A stretch of 64,000 nt of DNA from Candidatus Bathyarchaeota archaeon (GTDB lineage: Archaea; Thermoproteota; Bathyarchaeia; Bathyarchaeales; Bathycorpusculaceae). The notes beneath the pieces were generated by a model that had not been told where the DNA came from, made no database searches, and saw nothing but the letters and a program-made list of their open reading frames with translations. The stretch spans positions 352,001 to 416,000 of the forward strand of contig CAWHDT010000001.1 in assembly GCA_963828195.1 (NCBI GenBank), read 5' to 3'. How positions within the stretch are numbered: the stretch's first letter is position 1; each line of letters starts with the position of its first letter. Below, piece by piece: positions 1 through 9,671 of this stretch. The position numbers and the translations under genes were made by a program.

Positions 1-2
1 GG

Positions 3-2267
3 ACACGGCAAACATACAACAACTCTTTCAGCCAGGGCAGCGATGCTGAAATATGGGCTGGAGTTGTAGCACAAGGCGCTTCTAAGAACATTACCATCAC
101 ATTTTTTGATACAGAAAACAGGGGAGCAGAAGCAGATATTTGTGAATATTCAGGAATAGCAACAAGCAATTTCTTAGACGCAACAGCTACTGCTCAAGGC
201 GGGCCAGTAAATCAAAGCGACACGGGAACTATCGAAACTACAAGGTCTGCAAATGAATTATGGATAGGGGCAGTAGAGATGGCAAACTATGGTCAAACTA
301 CTCCAGCTAAGAACTCCTTTACTTTATTTGATGGTAGTCAATTTCAGGAAGGAAGTTTAGCTTACCTTCAATATTTTGCAAACTCTGCTGGTCCAGCTGA
401 CTCTGGAGCCATCGCGGGTGGCTCAGATTATTATGTCGGCTGCATCGCTGCATTCTTTGAGCAGACGGGTACTATTGTATCCTGCGCTCCCAATCCCGCA
501 CTCGCCAACTCTGCAGTAACTTGCACAGCCATAGTGTATGGTTCTAATCCAACAGGAACAATAACTTGGAGCACAAACAGCAGCACAGGCAGCTTCAATT
601 CCGATACAACCGAACTTGCCTCAGGATTTTCAACAACAACTTATACAGACACAAACGCAGGAACAGTAACAGTTACAGCATCTTACAGTGGAGACTCAAA
701 CAATCCCCCTTCAGTTATAAACACAACTTTAACAATTAATCCTTCATGGCAACTAATTATATCTTCAAACGGCGCTTCAGCTGGAACAGTAAGCTTGGCA
801 TCGGGAATATACAGTTTAGCTCCAATGCCTATAGCCGCATTTCCCAACTCAGGGTATCAATTTCTCTATTGGGTAACTGCAGGCGGCGCAGTTTTAGCAT
901 CCAACTCTTCAACTACAACTGTTGCCGGTTCAGGAAATGGCGCCATAGAAGCATTCTTTTCACAGCGTTATTTAATCAATTCACGCACATTGACCATAGC
1001 TGGTTCAAGCACAGTTCTTCCAATTGCCAACGAAGAAGCAGGTCTATGGCAACCATACTGGAATAACTTGGTATCTCTAAACCCAAATTGGGGAGCTTCG
1101 CAATGTACTTCGCCTGTTCTTCCAGTAGGTCTAGGCAGTGGCACAGCAATCCCTGAATTGTCCGCCGGCATAGCTGACATCGGAGAAATGTCAAGACCAC
1201 CGTACAACGCAACCAACGAGTGGCTCGCACCATCAATGAGTGGCATGCAGCTATGGGCAGTCGGCATCGATAGTATCGCGATCGTTTTGAGTGCTTACAT
1301 GAATTGGTTCCCAACTAATTTGACTACATTGCAAGTTGCAAACCTATTTGCATCAAATCCAACTACCGGAGCACAATATACTACTTGGAATGACTTTTTA
1401 ACTGCAAATGGTTTTTCGGCTGTTCACCCACAAGGAGATGCTGACATTAACCGTGCGGTTATGGATCCAACATCTGGAACTTTCGACTGTTTCAACAATT
1501 ACTTTGCCGTACCAAACGGTTTCCAATTTGAGCATAATGCCAACGGCACAGTTGATGGTTCACAGAACATGGCACCGTATACCTACTGCCAAGAAGACAT
1601 TAACATGTACAACACAATAGGGGGACCTAACTATATTGGTTTTATATCCTTAGGGTACTTCCAAGTGTACGGACATATGATCGGCCTTAACGTTTCATAC
1701 AACATCGCTAATCTTCCAAGCTCAACTATCTCTGTTGTTACACCAGCAGTCTGGGGGCCATACGTTGCACCAACACGGGACAACGTTATCTATGCACTTT
1801 CAGACTACAAAGACACTGCAGCTACCGGTCAATACTTTGCATGGACATATCTTTGGGAAGTTACTCCAAGCACTATTCCTACTTGGGGTCCACTGTTAGA
1901 AACAGGAGTCTGGATTGCATACATGAAGGAAGGAAACACCACCCAAGGCGGCACAAGCGACTTTGTCAACGACCAAGGATACATCGAGCTTGACCGTGAC
2001 GACATAGCTGGCGGAACAGTAATTGACGGTGCCCTGCAACCACACGGTATCGGTCAAGGTTTAGCTGCAACTCAGACTCAGTCTATTCCCGACGGCAAAG
2101 TTAACTTCCAAGACTTAACATACTTCGTCTCCGCATACATCGCATACTACGACCGAGGACTATACAATCCATATGCAGACATGAATGCTGACGGCAAAAT
2201 CAACTTCAACGACCTCAAACTCTTCGTATCAGAATACATAACATACTACACAACATACGTACCTTAA
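3..2267 (+). CDS. Secreted multidomain protein, 5'-truncated by the window edge: extracellular beta-domain, Ig-like (Big_3-type) domain, InlB-B/Listeria-Bacteroides-like repeat, PstS-like domain, C-terminal dockerin
   Basis: The frame is open from position 3 (TRQTYNNSF...AEIWAG...ADICEYSG...NELWIGAVE runs into the ATG at 279). PstS motifs GSSTV, GSGTA, MSR, DPTSGTF. Dockerin pair DGKVNFQDL / DMNADGKINFNDL. Confidence 0.85.
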   Translation, partial: TRQTYNNSFSQGSDAEIWAGVVAQGASKNITITFFDTENRGAEADICEYSGIATSNFLDATATAQGGPVNQSDTGTIETTRSANELWIGAVEMANYGQTTPAKNSFTLFDGSQFQEGSLAYLQYFANSAGPADSGAIAGGSDYYVGCIAAFFEQTGTIVSCAPNPALANSAVTCTAIVYGSNPTGTITWSTNSSTGSFNSDTTELASGFSTTTYTDTNAGTVTVTASYSGDSNNPPSVINTTLTINPSWQLIISSNGASAGTVSLASGIYSLAPMPIAAFPNSGYQFLYWVTAGGAVLASNSSTTTVAGSGNGAIEAFFSQRYLINSRTLTIAGSSTVLPIANEEAGLWQPYWNNLVSLNPNWGASQCTSPVLPVGLGSGTAIPELSAGIADIGEMSRPPYNATNEWLAPSMSGMQLWAVGIDSIAIVLSAYMNWFPTNLTTLQVANLFASNPTTGAQYTTWNDFLTANGFSAVHPQGDADINRAVMDPTSGTFDCFNNYFAVPNGFQFEHNANGTVDGSQNMAPYTYCQEDINMYNTIGGPNYIGFISLGYFQVYGHMIGLNVSYNIANLPSSTISVVTPAVWGPYVAPTRDNVIYALSDYKDTAATGQYFAWTYLWEVTPSTIPTWGPLLETGVWIAYMKEGNTTQGGTSDFVNDQGYIELDRDDIAGGTVIDGALQPHGIGQGLAATQTQSIPDGKVNFQDLTYFVSAYIAYYDRGLYNPYADMNADGKINFNDLKLFVSEYITYYTTYVP

Positions 2268-2479
2268 ACTTTTTCAACAAAATAGAACACAGTTTTATAT
2301 CTTAAACATTGTTTTTTTTGCAGTTTTTTAGGGCAGTTTGTAATGTTATTTCTGGCTTAACATTCCCTTTTTAATCTGCAAGGTACTAAATAGTTTTAGT
2401 GGGAACTATTTGTATCCCTATTTTTTACGAGGGCAAATATCATATATCTTCATATTCATTTAGATAGTGGAGAAGGACA

Positions 2480-3541
2480 ATGAATAAGAAAACAGCTTTT
2501 GCAGGACTTTTAATTTTTTTCTTAATAGGCATGATGTTTTCAACTTTTAATGGAATGTCGAGCATCGCCAAAGCAGATACTCAAGGCGATTCAAATGGTT
2601 CCTCTTCTGATATAGTTGTTGACAACGTCACTTGCTCACAAATTTTTGTGGACCAAGGAATGCAAGCAAACCTGCAAGCTGGTGTAGAAAATTTGGGGTC
2701 GCTTCCCGCCAACTTTAACCTTACCTTCTACGGTAACGGCGTTCCTCTAAACACGCAGCCGGTTGCGTTAGCCGGTAGCAGTTCATCGCTGGTTTCATTC
2801 TTATGGAATACGACAGACTTCGCTTTGGGCAATTATACTTTGAGTGCGAGTGCTTGGTCAGTTACAGGTGAAGCAAATGTGGCTTATAGCAATTGCACCG
2901 GAAGCACTCTACTAGTTTCTTGCGCCGGCGATATGATCGGTCACTGTGCAGTTGACTTTTCAGACCTAACTTGCTTTGTTAGCGCTTACATAAATTATAC
3001 CGAAACTGGAGGAAGTTCATACTATCCTATTGCGGACTTGAACCATGACGGAAAAATAGACTTTTTGGACTTACAGCTCTTTGTCGCCGATTATATTTCG
3101 TTCTATAGTAATCCAACGCCGTTTGGGCACTGCGGGTTAGCGGTTACAACCACTTTCGAACAGACCACGTACACTCAAGGCGAACCAGTCAACTTTACAA
3201 TAAACATAATCAACCTAACCGACAAAACAATAACTTTTACCTACATGCCTTCGACCTTTGACTTCATAGTTTACAACGCTACAGGAATAATCTACCGATA
3301 TTCATTCGAAAGAGCATATCCGATGTGGGCTGAAATATATTCCTTGACGCCAGGCGCAACTTTATCCAACGAGTTTGAATGGGACCAAACCTCCAACCAG
3401 TATTACTCACCAGTGGCTTCGCCATTAGCACCTTCGGCTTCTTGTCCTGAATTTCCGGTATCGCCCGGAACCTACTATATCGTCGGTGAAGCGCTTGGAA
3501 TGCAAACCGTTCCCCAGCAAATTACCATAACTTCAGGATAA
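2480..3541 (+). CDS. Secreted CARDB-like domain + internal dockerin + BsuPI-like (proteinase inhibitor-type Ig) domain
   Basis: Signal peptide; DIVVDNV...VENLG...WNTT...GNYTLSA (CARDB); DLNHDGKIDFLDL (dockerin); TYTQGEPVNFTINIIN...FDFIVY...FEWDQ...PGTY (BsuPI-like). Confidence 0.75.
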   Translation: MNKKTAFAGLLIFFLIGMMFSTFNGMSSIAKADTQGDSNGSSSDIVVDNVTCSQIFVDQGMQANLQAGVENLGSLPANFNLTFYGNGVPLNTQPVALAGSSSSLVSFLWNTTDFALGNYTLSASAWSVTGEANVAYSNCTGSTLLVSCAGDMIGHCAVDFSDLTCFVSAYINYTETGGSSYYPIADLNHDGKIDFLDLQLFVADYISFYSNPTPFGHCGLAVTTTFEQTTYTQGEPVNFTINIINLTDKTITFTYMPSTFDFIVYNATGIIYRYSFERAYPMWAEIYSLTPGATLSNEFEWDQTSNQYYSPVASPLAPSASCPEFPVSPGTYYIVGEALGMQTVPQQITITSG

Positions 3542-3771
3542 CCTGCGAGCCAAAAAAATCCCCTTAGTTTGGCAGTTTCTCTTTGCCGATTTAAAAAGCT
3601 CAAAAACTTTAGAGAAAAAGTTCTTGAGTGTTTACTTCATTTTTGAGTTAGCTAGGCGCCTTCGCAGAAAATTAAGTACACAAGCAAATATTGAAATTAA
3701 AAAAAATTAGCCGAAACCCAACTATTTGCTTAATGTTTATATGTTTCAAACTCCGGCAGTAATTAGCTTTC

Positions 3772-4353
3772 TTAACTAAGTAGTTGAGTTACGAATTCCG
3801 CGCTTTCTGCTTTGTCTTGCTTTGCATTTATTTCAAGAGTTTCTTTGATTAGTAAGCTGCTTCCTGCGGGTAATGGTGCTATTTGGTCATTTGACGTGTT
3901 CGAAGTGCCAACTCCAAAAACACCTATTTGTGTTCCGTTAGCGGGTGTGAGGTTTTCTAGGAATGATTGGACTGAACTTGATGCTTTTCCATCTTCTAGG
4001 GGGCCTCCAACCACTATAACTTGGTATTGAGTTAGGTTGCCATTTGTCGTTTTGCTGTCTATACCCGCTAAATCGACGAAGTATCCTTGTGCCTGTAGGT
4101 TGCTCGCAATCTGGTCGGCTACGCTTTTTGTTGATCCCGATGAACCGGGGTCATAAGTGACTAATGCGTTTCCCCCTGCTGAACCAGCAGGAAAACTCGT
4201 TGGGGTTAATGATTGAGTCGCTTTCGCCGCAGACGGCGCTGCGCGAACCAACAAAAAGCCCAATACCGCTGCCACAACGATGATTGCCGATAAAAGTACA
4301 ACGACAATTTTTGTGAAAAATTTAGTAGGGTGTTTTTTCCTATTTTTTCTCAA
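3772..4353 (-). CDS. Membrane-anchored flavodoxin-like protein
   Basis: N-terminal basic + hydrophobic segment; YDPGSSGSTKSVADQI loop; YQVIVVGGP; IGVFGVG. Confidence 0.75.
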   Translation of the reverse strand: MRKNRKKHPTKFFTKIVVVLLSAIIVVAAVLGFLLVRAAPSAAKATQSLTPTSFPAGSAGGNALVTYDPGSSGSTKSVADQIASNLQAQGYFVDLAGIDSKTTNGNLTQYQVIVVGGPLEDGKASSSVQSFLENLTPANGTQIGVFGVGTSNTSNDQIAPLPAGSSLLIKETLEINAKQDKAESAEFVTQLLS

Positions 4354-4761
4354 ACAGCTTTTCCCTTCCTCAAAGCATCGCGCTTAGAACATGAAGCTTT
4401 GTTAATTACTCTTCCCTTGAATAATATTTATTCTATATAGAGCTGCTTTATATTCTCACAACTTAAGTAACGATTTCTGGTTTCATTAGCTTTCTATGTT
4501 CTTTGCGAACAATTGTTTTTTTTTTAAAAAAGATTAAGTTGAGATGCGGAAAGACTTGGTTTTCGTCATCTTGTTGTTGCTGGCCTTTAATGTTCGTATC
4601 TCTTTGGCAAAGTGTTTTCGTTTACCTGAGAACATGCTGAGGAGGCTAAAATCTATTCCTTGTGCCCAGTTATTAATTGGATGACTCACCATATCTGAGG
4701 TAATCTTGAGACATAATTGGAAAGTCAATTGAAGAATCCAAATCTTTTCTAATGCGAGAGA

Positions 4762-5013
4762 TTATTTGGTATAAAATGTGTCTGAACGTTTTGTTGTCGT
4801 AGTTATTTTGGATCTTTGGCCAACGCCATTTTCCGACTTATCCATCAGATTTTTTAGGGCTATTACTTCATCTTTTAGCGCAGCAACTTCACTTTCTAAA
4901 GCAGTGGCTTTCGCATCAGCCATTTCTTCGAGTTGATAGATTTCAACTAAAAGATTTTTCTTCTCCTGTTCTAAGTCCTTTATAGTTTCAACGATATCTT
5001 TTAGCTTACTCAT
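4762..5013 (-). CDS. Small coiled-coil protein, paralog 1
   Basis: LEQEKKNLLVEIYQLEEMADAKATALESEVAALKDEV aligns without gaps to 5507..5917 and 6177..6536; AGGGAG SD-like site upstream. Confidence 0.8.
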   Translation of the reverse strand: MSKLKDIVETIKDLEQEKKNLLVEIYQLEEMADAKATALESEVAALKDEVIALKNLMDKSENGVGQRSKITTTTKRSDTFYTK

Positions 5014-5506
5014 TTTCCGCTCCCTTCTGACTGTAAATAAGTTTGTTATGAACTTAAAACTTTTGCAATCGCATTAATGAAAATCCGCTCAGGCCATGTC
5101 AGTAGCGGTTGGTTTCTTTTGGTGCAGCGCAGCACAGTGACAGGTCTTTTAGGGTTCAGTGTGCTAGTCAGGCCTAAAATTTTAGGTTGATGTTCAAATA
5201 TTTCAACGCCATTGCAACTGTCGGCCATAGGAAAACGCTGACCGAATGAGGGCTCAACTGAAAAGTTTTTAGGCTTAGTCAAGAAATCTTTAATAGAAAA
5301 AGGCTGGAAAGAACCCTTTCCTCTCTTTACAACGCAATAGCAAACTGGAAAAACGAATGGAAATACGGGTTTGCCTTGATGCTTGCTTGTTTCCCTGATG
5401 GTTTTATGAGCAGTTTCTGTTCTTCCCGTTAAGCGGGCATTAGTGTGTTAGTCAGTTTGGGTTTGGGGATAACATTTTAGTGGTTTAGAAACCCAAAAAA
5501 TGGGCG

Positions 5507-5917
5507 TTATCTATGATTTCCTTTGAATGCAGGGGCTGTCCTTTTTTCGGGGTCTGGTTCTGACATATTCATTAAGATTTTTAGTGATTTGATTTCATCG
5601 CGTAGTGCCGCAACTTCGTTTTCTAAATCGGTAGCTTTCGCTGCAGCCAACTCTTTAAGTTCATCTATTTCAGTTATAAGACTTTTTCTTTCTGCCTGTA
5701 AATTTCTTAGTTTTTGTATCATATCTTTGAAACTTTGATTCTGAGGAGACCTTGGCTTTTCAAACATTTCTTGAGAGCTTTCACATTGCATATTTCTTGG
5801 TTTTTCAGCCTTATCTTTGGAATTTTCAGATTCCAAATTTCTTATTTTCTCCACTGAATCTTTGAGGTTCTTTAAATGCTCGTCAATTTCTTCCATTTCT
5901 ACATGCCCCGACAACAA
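5507..5917 (-). CDS. Small coiled-coil protein, paralog 2 (one partial and one full module)
   Basis: LKDSVEKIRNLESE and FKDMIQKLRNLQAERKSLITEIDELKELAAAKATDLENEVAALRDEI. The true start may be an internal ATG. Confidence 0.8.
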   Translation of the reverse strand: MLSGHVEMEEIDEHLKNLKDSVEKIRNLESENSKDKAEKPRNMQCESSQEMFEKPRSPQNQSFKDMIQKLRNLQAERKSLITEIDELKELAAAKATDLENEVAALRDEIKSLKILMNMSEPDPEKRTAPAFKGNHR

Positions 5918-6176
5918 TTATAAATCTTCTTTCTTAATAAATCACTTGTTTCAAAAATAAACATATATCCAAATTCGATGCATCCCAAATTCAATCAGTC
6001 TCCTTTTTTATTGCAACTTGAGTTTTAATAAAACTTGGCGTTAAACTCGCTCCGTCTAATGATGGCACATTACGCGAAAGATTACACTCAATCGTAACCC
6101 TAAGGCATCGCCGCATGGAAAAGTATCCGTGGAATAATCAATAATTTGTAGAAAGATCACTGCTGATTTGGCAGAG

Positions 6177-6536
6177 TTAGAAAACGAAGTCGCGTGCACG
6201 CTCCCAAGAATCAGGACTCGGAAATCTTACAGAAGGCCCCTCCTTCCAAAGAGAATCGTAAACTTTGATAAATTCTTCGCTTGAGAGACGTTTCTGCCTC
6301 TTGATCTTTTTCATAGCCTTAGCAATTTTCTTATCTAGAATTTCCATAGATTCCAAAGCTCCCAATAGTTTCGATTGAGCAGAAAAAACCTCATTTTCCA
6401 AAACAGCTGTTTTTACTTCTGCCTGTTTCTTAAGCTCATCAATTTCAATTAGAAGGCTTTTTCTTTCCGCTTCTAAATATCTCAGTTTCTCAACTGTACT
6501 TTTTAGATTTGACCAGCTCGAATCCTTCTCCAACAT
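6177..6536 (-). CDS. Small coiled-coil protein, paralog 3
   Basis: LKSTVEKLRYLEAERKSLLIEIDELKKQAEVKTAVLENEV. Confidence 0.75.
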   Translation of the reverse strand: MLEKDSSWSNLKSTVEKLRYLEAERKSLLIEIDELKKQAEVKTAVLENEVFSAQSKLLGALESMEILDKKIAKAMKKIKRQKRLSSEEFIKVYDSLWKEGPSVRFPSPDSWERARDFVF

Positions 6537-6788
6537 CTCGATTTACCCAAGCGGATAAAGGTTATTTTTTATAAAACGCTTATTTCAAAAGCAAACATAT
6601 TTCTAAATTGAGAACCATCCTAAAACGGTATATTTTTCCTGGCTTGGAAGTTTGGAAGTCTCCTTAACACTTCTCGCACATCTGATTTTGGAATTTTTTT
6701 TGAAGTGCACATTTGGGAAATATAGATTCTAAGTTCAGAAGGCTCTAATTGTGAATCGCCTATTGTTGTACAATTGGAGTGAATACTA

Positions 6789-7037
6789 GTGGCTCGGCTG
6801 ACGTTTCATAGAGGCGTCAATGAGGCTAGTGGAAACAAGGTTCTTTCAGATGACATTGCACAGTTTTTACCTTTCAGCTTCGCAGCTTCTGTTTTTTGGA
6901 TTCAGCGAGGCTATCTTCTTGGAAACAGCTTTGACTTTGAGCAGTCGTTAAAGACAAAAAATTTTTATTCGCAACATATCTGCAGGTACTTCAATATGAA
7001 ATTGCGCGCCATTTACAGCGGGATAAAGCATGCTTGA
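6789..7037 (+). pseudogene. Probable remnant; N-terminus resembles the start of archaeal MBL-fold hydrolases
   Basis: RLTFHRGVNEASGNKVL resembles LTFYGGVNEIGGNKIL; no HxHxDH follows. Confidence 0.35.
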
Positions 7038-7704
7038 CCAAGCCATCGAACACTACAAAGAAGCACTAAAGATACGCCGAACATTAGCCGAAATAGACCC
7101 AAACTTCAAACCAAAGCTAGCCAACGCAATAAACAACCTTGCCAACGCCTACCATAGTGGAGGAATGATTGACCAAGCTATCGAATACTATAAAGAAGCT
7201 CTAAAGATTCGGCGAGAACTAGTTGATGCAGACTCAGGATCCAAAACAAAACTTGCCAACGCCCTTAGCAACCTCGGCCTCGCGTATCGTGGCAAGGGGT
7301 TTTTCGATGAAGCCATCGAAAAATTTAGGGAAGCTTTGCAGATACGGCGTGAATTAGTTGAAATTGATGCAAGTTTCAAACCAAAACTTGCCAATTTGCT
7401 CAGCAACCTTGCCAACGCATATTACAGCAAGGGTTTGCTTGACCAAGCGATCGAGTTCTACAAAGAAGCTTTGAAATTGCGAAGGGAATTAGTCGAAAAC
7501 GATTTCACGGTTCAATTCACGTTTTCCCTTATTTTGCTCGGAATCGCTTTTGGCACTCGAGGATTGGAAGATGATAAGACTCGTGCAAAGAATTTGTACA
7601 ATGAAGCTAAATCGATGATGCAGGAGCCTTCAGTTATAAGGAGCCCCCAGTATCCAGACATGGTAAATTTGGCGGAAATTCTCTATTCGCTGGTTGCCAG
7701 ATAA
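7030..7704 (+). CDS. Tetratricopeptide repeat protein (kinesin-light-chain-like repeats)
   Basis: Four ~44-aa repeats DQAIEYYKEALKIRREL...LANALSNLG/LANAY, also visible at DNA level. Confidence 0.9.
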   Translation: MLDQAIEHYKEALKIRRTLAEIDPNFKPKLANAINNLANAYHSGGMIDQAIEYYKEALKIRRELVDADSGSKTKLANALSNLGLAYRGKGFFDEAIEKFREALQIRRELVEIDASFKPKLANLLSNLANAYYSKGLLDQAIEFYKEALKLRRELVENDFTVQFTFSLILLGIAFGTRGLEDDKTRAKNLYNEAKSMMQEPSVIRSPQYPDMVNLAEILYSLVAR

Positions 7705-7831
7705 AAGCTTTTTTTGGGACATCCACGAGTTGTGAGGAGTTAAAAAAAAAAATAATGCCTTAATCAAATGGTTATCCCCATTTCTTCACCCGTTATTTAA
7801 GATGGCAGATTGCACTTGGATGCTTTGGATG

Positions 7832-9661
7832 TTACTCTTCATTGCTTAAATAGGTCTGCAGTTTTTCAATTTCTTGGCTCAGCATACCGAAATAGTTTTT
7901 GAGTGTTTCTTGGCGTTCTTCAATATGTCTGTTGAATTCTATTAGCAGTCGGTCAAACTGTTCCTTTTCCAGTTTAAGCGCTGTACTTAATGCTTGGATT
8001 ATTTTTTCGTTGTCTGCGATTCGGTTTCTGTAAGCTATAATTGCCTGTAACGTTGGTTCTTGAGGTAGATCGCCTGCCAAATTAGGTTTAGCAATAAGAT
8101 CTGATGTGTCTTCGATATCAATTAATTTCGTCTTTGCATTTTCCATTTCTTCACGAACCGATCCGAAGTAGTTTTCAAGTGTTCTCTCTCTCTCATCCAC
8201 CAGTTTATTTAGTTCTATCAGGTCTTGGGCAAGTTGCTCTCTCTTAGACTTAAGCGCGGTTTTTATAGCGTGGATTCTTTTCGCGGCACTTGAAACGCGG
8301 TTTAAATGAGCCAAAGTTTCATCAGCTGTCGGCTCCTGAGCTGAGGCAGGTTCTAAATCGGGTTTACCTACTTCTATAGTGGCTGCGAATTTGGATTGAG
8401 GTTCCATTATTTCTTTTAGGTTTGTTTTCGACATAATTGTCGCTTCCATTACTTTTTCTTGGGCTATTTTTGGAGTTGGGGCATTTAATTGCAGCGCTGG
8501 TTGTTGAGTGGTTTCTTGAGGTACCGTTGACGAAATAAGCACTGGCGTTGCTGACTGACCATTTTCTGGAGTGGATGTTTCTGGGTTAAGTGTTGAGGCT
8601 GTTGAAGATTGAGTGGTGGGTGTTTCATCGGTATTTGTAGAGTGATTTCTTCTCAAGAACAACGTGAGAATTGTGAATGTAAAGATTCCTGTTGCTATTA
8701 GGAGCCATGAGAAGAGGCTTACGGTATTTTCCACACTGTTAGGCGTTGGGGTAGGTCCAGATGTTGGCGTTGAAGAAGACGAAGGCGTGGGTGTCGATGA
8801 GGAAGTGGGTGTAGGAGTGGGATTGGTAGTTCCATCACTACTGGCAATTGTGAAAGTTGCGGTTTGGTTTTCTGCCATTGGTATGTTTATGCCGGCATAG
8901 GTTCCTGAGTTTATTGCTACGCTGATTTCGGCTTGGCCTGCGGTTGCGTTGTCGGGAATTTGGAGGATGGTTGATAACTGAGTTTGATTGGAGTTTGCTA
9001 TTTGGCTGTTTTGAATTTCTGTTTGGTTAATTATTTGACCCGTAGAATCTTGCAAGCTGAAAGTAACGTTTGCTGTTTGGGCTTGTCCTGGATTGTTTAT
9101 TGTTGCGTTAATTGAAACAAAGTCGCTGGGGGAAAAGACGGTATCGTTTTGGCCTTGTGAATTTGCGAGGTTGATGGCAGTAGTTTCAAGGTCCCATTGA
9201 GCTGTAAAGTTTAGACTTTTCTGAATAATGCCGTTGGTTGTTTGTATGGTTGCTATGGCTTGCCAAGTGCCAACCAGTAAGCTTTCATTTTCGCTTGCAA
9301 TTGGAAGACGGAATGAAAAACCTGCTTCCCCAGTGGTGTTTGTTGTTTCTATTCTGGTGATGGCAGTTTGGGAATTAGAATTTTGGGGGCCAGTTACGTT
9401 AAAGTAAACTAAGATGTCCGGTTGGGATGCATTGCCGTAAGTTACCGTTGCTAGGAGTTGAATTTGGTCGAAGGGTGCAAAGGTTGTGGTTACGTTGTTT
9501 TTGTTATTTTCTGCGGTAAGGCTCATTGCCCATTGGTTGTTTGATGTGTTATTTTGAGCGTGGGCCACGTTTAATGTTTGAGTTATTGCAAGTGAAAGAA
9601 TTAAAATTAGGAGAACGTTTAAAATCCGGTAGCACGCCTTTGAATTCTTCTGTCTTCTCAT
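7832..9661 (-). CDS. Single-pass membrane protein: extracellular two-domain module shared with the cohesin proteins, P/T linker, TM, cytoplasmic tandem coiled coils
   Basis: Signal peptide; FAPFDQIQL...FSFRLP...GTW...IPDNATAGQA module; TM WLLIATGIFTFTILTLFL; two ~70-aa repeats PTxx...LENYFG/LKNYFG. Starts 10 bp after pstA. Confidence 0.85.
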   Translation of the reverse strand: MRRQKNSKACYRILNVLLILILSLAITQTLNVAHAQNNTSNNQWAMSLTAENNKNNVTTTFAPFDQIQLLATVTYGNASQPDILVYFNVTGPQNSNSQTAITRIETTNTTGEAGFSFRLPIASENESLLVGTWQAIATIQTTNGIIQKSLNFTAQWDLETTAINLANSQGQNDTVFSPSDFVSINATINNPGQAQTANVTFSLQDSTGQIINQTEIQNSQIANSNQTQLSTILQIPDNATAGQAEISVAINSGTYAGINIPMAENQTATFTIASSDGTTNPTPTPTSSSTPTPSSSSTPTSGPTPTPNSVENTVSLFSWLLIATGIFTFTILTLFLRRNHSTNTDETPTTQSSTASTLNPETSTPENGQSATPVLISSTVPQETTQQPALQLNAPTPKIAQEKVMEATIMSKTNLKEIMEPQSKFAATIEVGKPDLEPASAQEPTADETLAHLNRVSSAAKRIHAIKTALKSKREQLAQDLIELNKLVDERERTLENYFGSVREEMENAKTKLIDIEDTSDLIAKPNLAGDLPQEPTLQAIIAYRNRIADNEKIIQALSTALKLEKEQFDRLLIEFNRHIEERQETLKNYFGMLSQEIEKLQTYLSNEE

Positions 9662-9671
9662 CTTTTTACAC

